A DNA stretch of 64,000 nucleotides from an uncultured Fibrobacteria bacterium (GTDB lineage Bacteria; Fibrobacterota; Fibrobacteria; UBA11236), in the NCBI GenBank assembly GCA_963716395.1, contig OY970309.1, forward strand, positions 911,989-975,988, read 5' to 3'. Numbering within the stretch: the first letter of the stretch is position 1; every line of letters starts with the position of its first letter. The translations under genes were made by a program, and so were the position numbers. Below are positions 58,937 to 64,000 of the stretch, one piece after another. Below the pieces are notes generated by a model. It did not search any database, was not told where the DNA came from, and was given only the letters and a program-made list of their open reading frames with translations.

Positions 58937-59758
58937 ACGCCGAAACCCTGCCCCTGCTGGTCACGGTGCCGCATAGTTCCGGCGCGGTGCCCGAGGACAT
59001 TTTCGCGCGCATGCGGGAATGCGGCGAATCCGAAGGCTGCGCTGCGCCGTCGGCTGTTCACCGAAGGCGACCCTTGTACCGACGCCATCTACGACTTGCC
59101 CGCCGCGGCCGTCTTCACGGCGCGATTCTCGCGTTTCGTAGTCGACCTGAACCGGGCCCGCGACGAAGGCGGACCCAACGGGGTGATCAAAGTCACCGAT
59201 TTCTCTCTGCGCCCGCTGTATCGTCCCGGCTACGCCATCCCCGAGGTGGAACGCGAGCGACGTTTGCGGGAATACTACGACCCGTTCCACCGCGCGGTGG
59301 AAACGCGGCTGGCCGCAGGCGGCATCCGGCTGTATCTCGACGGCCATTCCATGACGGCGCGCGGCCCGCAACTGGGACCGGACTCCGGGGAGGCGCGCCC
59401 GGCCCTGTGCTTGGGTAACTTTGGAGATACGTGCGGCGATCCGACCGGTGGCGCGCCCGTGTCGCTCGACCCCGACCTGGCGCGCCCGGCCCTGGTCTTC
59501 GCCGCCGCAGCCGTGGGCCGGGCTTTTCCCGCCTGGCGCGATGGCGATTTCGCGGCCTTGAACCGGCCCTTTGACGGCGGTTATTTATTGAAGCGTTATA
59601 CCGCGCCCGATTTTCCCCATCGCGTGCCCGGTCTGATGTGCGAAATCAACCGCGCCTTGTATTTCGACGAAGAAAAGGCCGCACCCCGGCCCGGAGCCAT
59701 TCCCGTCTGGCGGGAAATCATGCTGGGATTGGCGCGCTTTCTACTGGCGCGGCTATGA
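58933..59758 (+). pseudogene. N-formylglutamate amidohydrolase (FGase)-family gene with an apparent +1 frameshift
   Basis: TTG at 58933 overlaps the dacB stop. The N-terminus LNAETLPLLVTVPHSSGAVPEDIFARMRE (frame 1) continues as ...ALRRRLFTEGDPCTDAIYDLPAAAVFTARFSRFVVDLNR...DGHSM... only in frame 2 (ORF 59096..59758). The junction is at ~59025-59040. Confidence 0.45.
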
Positions 59759-60610
59759 GGTGAAAATCGCGTTTAACATATACGCCAGGCGGATTCCGGC
59801 CTTTTCCAACTGCAGGTCGACAATCCGCCGCATCTTTCCCGCAGCGTAATCCGACGGCACCGGCACTCCGGAAGCGGGCGTCGGGCCAGGTTTGAATTCG
59901 GAAAAAATGTCGCGTTTGGCGATGAGATAGCTCTCCCAAGCCCAATCCGCCGGCGTTCCCCTTTGCCAGCTTTGCTCTTCGGTCGGAGTGATTTGTTTCT
60001 CCAACCGCTGCGCCAACTCTCCGGGATCATCGGTGGTCGGGATCTCGAGCAGATGATCCCAATACGCGTGCAAGCGGACGGGAGGCGCGTCTTCGCCATC
60101 GGCCTCGGAGCCCAAGCGCACGAACTTTTCGTTACCGCCGCGGTCGTGGTCGTCGGCACAATGCAGGGGCTGGTGCACGTCGCCCACGAAATGCACCAAA
60201 AATTTCAAGGCTTCGAGCTTTTGATCCCGGGAAGCCGCGGCGCTTTGCAAGGCGGCCGCGTCCAATTCGATTTGATCCACGACGCAGGCGTGATCCGGAC
60301 AGAATTTGGGTTCGTCGGATTCGCGCACCGGGACGCGATCGGGAATATCGATGAAATGCCAAGGCGCGGTTTCGGGCCTTTCCCGTCGAATCCAATCGGC
60401 CCAATTCGAAATCCGGGCCAAAGTGGTGCGCCCCAAAATCGCGGCGAGCTTTTTGCGGGCCGCTGGGCGCAAATGATCCGCGGCGATGATGGCGATGGTT
60501 TCATGGCCCACCGGGCCCCAGGCCTGCGCCGGGGCCGCCATACCGACACAGGCCAACGGAATTGTCCAGAGATAAAAACGGCGCGTGCAAGTACTTCCCG
60601 GTCCGGCCAT
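59753..60610 (-). CDS. S1/P1-family zinc-dependent nuclease
   Basis: Signal peptide, then the mature N-terminal WGPVGHETIA (S1/P1 Trp-Gly-x2-Gly-His). Also HYVGDVHQPLHC-like (HFVGDVHQPLHC) and WDHLL motifs. Confidence 0.75.
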   Translation of the reverse strand: MAGPGSTCTRRFYLWTIPLACVGMAAPAQAWGPVGHETIAIIAADHLRPAARKKLAAILGRTTLARISNWADWIRRERPETAPWHFIDIPDRVPVRESDEPKFCPDHACVVDQIELDAAALQSAAASRDQKLEALKFLVHFVGDVHQPLHCADDHDRGGNEKFVRLGSEADGEDAPPVRLHAYWDHLLEIPTTDDPGELAQRLEKQITPTEEQSWQRGTPADWAWESYLIAKRDIFSEFKPGPTPASGVPVPSDYAAGKMRRIVDLQLEKAGIRLAYMLNAIFTS

Positions 60611-60747
60611 GGCCGCAAAGGTATCAACCCTCGGCCCCTTCATGCTTCGAGTCCATGGCAACGAGAACGAGTTGCGCTCGATTTTTCGCGGTACCTATAT
60701 TCAATTCAATTCATTTCAAATTGCACGCCGATTCCCTGGAGGACAGT

Positions 60748-61344
60748 ATGGCCTACGATAGCCCGGCAACTCCCGAAATCATGGAAAAAACCGTGGCCGC
60801 TCTGCGCAGCCGCGGATTCGAGGCCCTGGCGGTGGAAAACGGGGCGGCAGCCCGGGACAAACTACTTTCCTTGGTGCCCGAAGACGCCGAAGTCATGAGC
60901 ATGACCTCGCGCACTTTGGATACCCTGGAAATCCCGCCGGTATTGAATGGGTATCCCCGGGCCGTGCGCCCCCGGCTCGGTGATTCCGCCTTGTCGCCGC
61001 AAGAAAAGAAAAAACTCGGGTCGGCCCCGGAAATCGCGGTGGGCAGCGTGCATGCGGTCACCCAGGACGGCCGGGTGTTGCTGGCTTCGGCGTCGGGCAG
61101 TCAATTGCCGGCCCACATCTTTGGCGCGGGGAAAGTCATTTGGATTGTCGGGAGCCAAAAAATCGTGCCTGACGTCGAATCAGGGCAAAAGCGCATCGAA
61201 GAATACGTTTTTCCGCTGGAAGACGCGCGCGCGCAACAAGCCTATGGGCGGCATAGCGCCATCAACTATTTACTGATTATGAATGCCAGCCCGGTGCCGG
61301 GCCGAATCACCTTGATTTTGACGCCGGAAAAGCTGGGGTTCTGA
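60748..61344 (+). CDS. LUD-domain (DUF162, LutC/YkgG-like) protein
   Basis: ~198 aa from MAYDSPATPEIMEKTVAALRSRGFEA... The pattern matches the LUD-domain family. Confidence 0.6.
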   Translation: MAYDSPATPEIMEKTVAALRSRGFEALAVENGAAARDKLLSLVPEDAEVMSMTSRTLDTLEIPPVLNGYPRAVRPRLGDSALSPQEKKKLGSAPEIAVGSVHAVTQDGRVLLASASGSQLPAHIFGAGKVIWIVGSQKIVPDVESGQKRIEEYVFPLEDARAQQAYGRHSAINYLLIMNASPVPGRITLILTPEKLGF

Positions 61345-61434
61345 ATCCTTCCGCGCCAAGCGTTTTCGGCCACATCCCAAACCCGACCATATTTGACGGG
61401 CTGATTTCCGCCCTCGGCCTTATTTTATAGCTCT

Positions 61435-63219
61435 ATGAAAACCACCTGCTTTTCATCGGTTATAAAATTGGGCGCGGGAACGGTTCTGCTTTTTTCCGCA
61501 ACCCTTTCGGCCCAAGCACCTCCGCGCTCCGATTTCCGCACCACGATTTTGATGAGCAATCTGGCCGACCCCACCCAGATCTGTTTTCTACCCGACGGCA
61601 AGATTTATGAATTATCGAAGAATGGCACCATCAAACTTTATGATCCGGTCGCCAAATCGACGTCGACCGTCGCTACTTTGACCGTTTCCAATGTGCGCGA
61701 AGACGGCTTGCACAGCATGGTCTTGGATCCCAATTTCGCCACCAATCGTTACGCCTATCTTCTCTTCGGGGTTTTGAGCCCCAGTCAGGAGATCGTGGTG
61801 TCGCGCTTCACCATCGCCTCCAACGATCTGCTTGATTTGACTTCGCGCACCGACCTGCTTTCCATACCGTACACCCTGACCTCCACCAATGAGCATACCA
61901 CGGGCTGCCTGGCCTTTGATACGTTGGGCAATCTGTACATCGGCCTGGCGGACAACACCAACAACTTTTTCTCGGGTACCATCACGGGCTACTCGCCCCG
62001 CAATCCCGCCCACCCCGATTCTGATGCTCAGCGCTCGGCCGCCAACAGCAATGACTTGCGCGGAAAAATCCTGCGCATCCACCCCGAAGCCAACGGCACT
62101 TATACCATTCCCGCCGGTAATTTGTGGGAAAAGATCAACGACCCTTCCTACAATCCCAATTGGAATGCCGCTTCCGACGACATCAGCAAGGTGCGGCATG
62201 AAATTTATGTCATGGGGGTTCGCCATCCCTTCCGTATCACCATCGATCGGGAAACCAATTGGCTATACTGGGCCGAACCCGGTCCCAACGCCACGGCCGA
62301 CGATCCCAATCAGGGACCGCGCGGCTATGACATCGTCGCTCTCGCTAAAAATCCCGGTTACTACACTTGGCCGTATTGCCGGGGCGATGTCTATGACAGT
62401 AACTTTTGTTACAAGGCTTACAATTACACTACCAATGTCGGCGGCGCCCGCTACAACCCCAACGCGATCAAAAACACCTCTCCCAACAACACCGGCATCG
62501 TCGATTTGCCTCCGGGCCGATCCGACTTGATTTGGTATCCGTATAACGCGGCGGGATCGGCCTTCCCCATGTTTGGGTCGAATGGGTCCATGGCCTCCAT
62601 GCTGGGATTCGTGTATTACTCCGACCCTTCCATCACCTCAGTGAACAAAATCCCCCGCTATTACAACCATCATCTTTTCATTTTCGATTTTCAACGCAGT
62701 CAGGTTCGCGACGTGGCGCTGAACGACACGGGCGGGGTGGACTCCATCGAAACCTTCTGGGATCAGAGCACATCCAATCCCATCACCAATCCCATCCATA
62801 TGGTGGAGGGGCCGGACGGAGCGTTTTATTTTCTCGACTGGGGCGACAACGGCGAATATCCCAACAACTCCGGAAACGGAAACCTGGTGCGTCTCGATTA
62901 TATCGGCACGCCGGACCCGGTGCTGCCGCCGCAAACGCCTGCGGCCAAGGCTCCGATCACCCGTTTGGTCATGGCCGGTTTGAATCGCACGGTGGCTTTG
63001 CCAAGCGGCGCGGTGCGCGCCGATTTCTACGACTTGCGGGGCGAGAAGGTTTGGAGTTGGCGCCAGGGCCAAGCCCGTCACGGATGGCCGGTTGGAACTG
63101 CCGTCTACCGTAACCGGGGTGTTGCGGATGCGGGCAGGATGGGAGTAGGTCTGGCACCACGCCAAGTGTTGCCACAATGCGAAGACCGAAACGGATTACG
63201 CCAAACAACATGGAGTTAG
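61435..63219 (+). CDS. Secreted PQQ-dependent sugar dehydrogenase-like (SGDH) beta-propeller protein
   Basis: Signal peptide; DGLHSMVLDPNFATNRYAYLLF resembles the SGDH GLLGLAFHPDFA motif. The gene is markedly lower in GC than the flanks. The C-terminal ~100 aa is Arg-rich, possibly a read-through extension. Confidence 0.5.
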   Translation: MKTTCFSSVIKLGAGTVLLFSATLSAQAPPRSDFRTTILMSNLADPTQICFLPDGKIYELSKNGTIKLYDPVAKSTSTVATLTVSNVREDGLHSMVLDPNFATNRYAYLLFGVLSPSQEIVVSRFTIASNDLLDLTSRTDLLSIPYTLTSTNEHTTGCLAFDTLGNLYIGLADNTNNFFSGTITGYSPRNPAHPDSDAQRSAANSNDLRGKILRIHPEANGTYTIPAGNLWEKINDPSYNPNWNAASDDISKVRHEIYVMGVRHPFRITIDRETNWLYWAEPGPNATADDPNQGPRGYDIVALAKNPGYYTWPYCRGDVYDSNFCYKAYNYTTNVGGARYNPNAIKNTSPNNTGIVDLPPGRSDLIWYPYNAAGSAFPMFGSNGSMASMLGFVYYSDPSITSVNKIPRYYNHHLFIFDFQRSQVRDVALNDTGGVDSIETFWDQSTSNPITNPIHMVEGPDGAFYFLDWGDNGEYPNNSGNGNLVRLDYIGTPDPVLPPQTPAAKAPITRLVMAGLNRTVALPSGAVRADFYDLRGEKVWSWRQGQARHGWPVGTAVYRNRGVADAGRMGVGLAPRQVLPQCEDRNGLRQTTWS

Positions 63220-63261
63220 TGTGGCACCTTTACTCTTACTCTTGAATGAGGCCTGCACTTC

Positions 63262-63975
63262 TTAGGGTTTGTAGCTTTCAACAGATAACACGGGTTCTGA
63301 AAACCAACTGCCGGGTGAAGGCTCCCGTTCATCAAAACCTCCTAACACAAAAAGCCTGTTTCCAAGACCAATGGTAGTGGCCGAAGCGCGAGAAATTAAG
63401 AGCGATGGTTTTTGATTCCATTGATTTGAAATAGGATTATACTCCTCTACAACATTATAAGCGAGTTGGAAAGTCGGATCGACTCCGCCGACAATATAAA
63501 GTTTATCGTCCAACCAAGCGACGCTAAAATCAAAAATTGGAGAGATTGAAATAGAAGGCAGAGAACTCCAGGAGTCAGTTGAAGGATCATATTCTTCCCC
63601 CTGGATATGGACTCCGCCGAAAATCACGTAAACCTTATTGCCATTTTCGCATACTGCATTTGGAGCATTCGAAAAAAGATTGGATGGGCAATCGGCTTTG
63701 CGCGTCCATGTCCCTGAATTTGGATCGAATTCTCTGATTGTTGGTAAAACGGTTAGTCCGTTTCCCTGTCCTAGCATATAAACCTGTCCATTGGCCGCTG
63801 CCAAAGCGTAATTGTCATTTACCGGAATAGAAGGGCCTTCGCTCCATGTATTTGAAGTGAGATCGTAAATAGTCATTGATGTGTCGTAATTTCCCTGATT
63901 AGGGTAGGATTCGCCCATGATATACAACTTCCCGTCCGAAAATACCGAAGCACAACCAAAGACATGAGTATTCAT
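63262..63975 (-). CDS. Kelch-repeat beta-propeller protein (N-terminus may lie beyond the window)
   Basis: Repeated Kelch blades (...YDLTSNTWSEGPSIP..., ...FDPNSGTWTRKADCP..., ...YDPSTDSWSSLPSI..., ...YNPISNQWNQKPSL...). The gene is AT-rich relative to the window. Confidence 0.6.
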   Translation of the reverse strand: MNTHVFGCASVFSDGKLYIMGESYPNQGNYDTSMTIYDLTSNTWSEGPSIPVNDNYALAAANGQVYMLGQGNGLTVLPTIREFDPNSGTWTRKADCPSNLFSNAPNAVCENGNKVYVIFGGVHIQGEEYDPSTDSWSSLPSISISPIFDFSVAWLDDKLYIVGGVDPTFQLAYNVVEEYNPISNQWNQKPSLLISRASATTIGLGNRLFVLGGFDEREPSPGSWFSEPVLSVESYKP

Positions 63976-64000
63976 TGTATAGGTGGAGAGGCTGGAATCT

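Noticed and set aside
1-64000. CRISPR repeat-spacer array
   Set aside because: Scanning by eye found no regularly spaced 28-37-bp direct repeats anywhere. The array expected for the I-C locus must lie beyond the cas2 end of the window.

Overview
This is a high-GC (~65%) bacterial chromosomal segment. The species cannot be determined from the sequence alone.

Coordinates 5-9567 hold a complete type I-C CRISPR-Cas gene set on the minus strand: cas3, cas5c, cas8c, cas7c, cas4, cas1, cas2. The CRISPR array itself is not in the window; it must lie beyond coordinate 1, downstream of cas2.

The operon has two unusual interruptions:
- A BRO-N/DinD-like gene sits between cas7 and cas4 with essentially no intergenic space on either side.
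- A UPF0175/DUF3368 (PIN-like) toxin-antitoxin-like pair lies on the opposite strand, in the cas3-cas5 gap.

A WYL-domain regulator is transcribed divergently from cas3, with palindromes in the shared promoter region. A J-domain protein and a standalone DsbD-alpha-like periplasmic domain follow.

The remainder is mostly housekeeping and accessory metabolism:
- a phosphohexomutase-glmS pair and scpA-scpB;
- an Rrf2-regulated sulfur-uptake operon (sbp-cysT-cysW with no cysA in the window, split YeeE/YedE halves, a peroxiredoxin);
- a glycosylation/cell-envelope cluster (GNAT/FemAB-like, GT39-like, GT2, GT4, flippase-like, CE4-like) flanking a glgX-treZ-treY trehalose operon;
- a metal module (a CDF transporter fused in-frame to a DUF2147 periplasmic domain, and a His/Met-rich secreted protein);
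- LemA-TPM-TPM and livHMGF operons, Hsp20, and a MarR regulator whose neighbourhood shares an ATTAACTAA palindrome motif at two divergent promoters;
- a ClC channel, DUF2236/MpaB-like oxygenase, an orphan sensor kinase, Gln-dependent nadE, an acyl-CoA thioesterase, dacB, an apparently frameshifted N-formylglutamate-amidohydrolase-family gene, an S1/P1 nuclease and a LUD-domain protein;
- a terminal block (~61.4-64 kb) of visibly lower GC carrying a PQQ/SGDH-like beta-propeller protein and a Kelch-repeat protein.

No rRNA, tRNA or CRISPR repeats were recognised.

Coordinates follow the ORF track, so they include the stop codon. Internal start sites were derived by residue counting and are approximate to within a few nucleotides.
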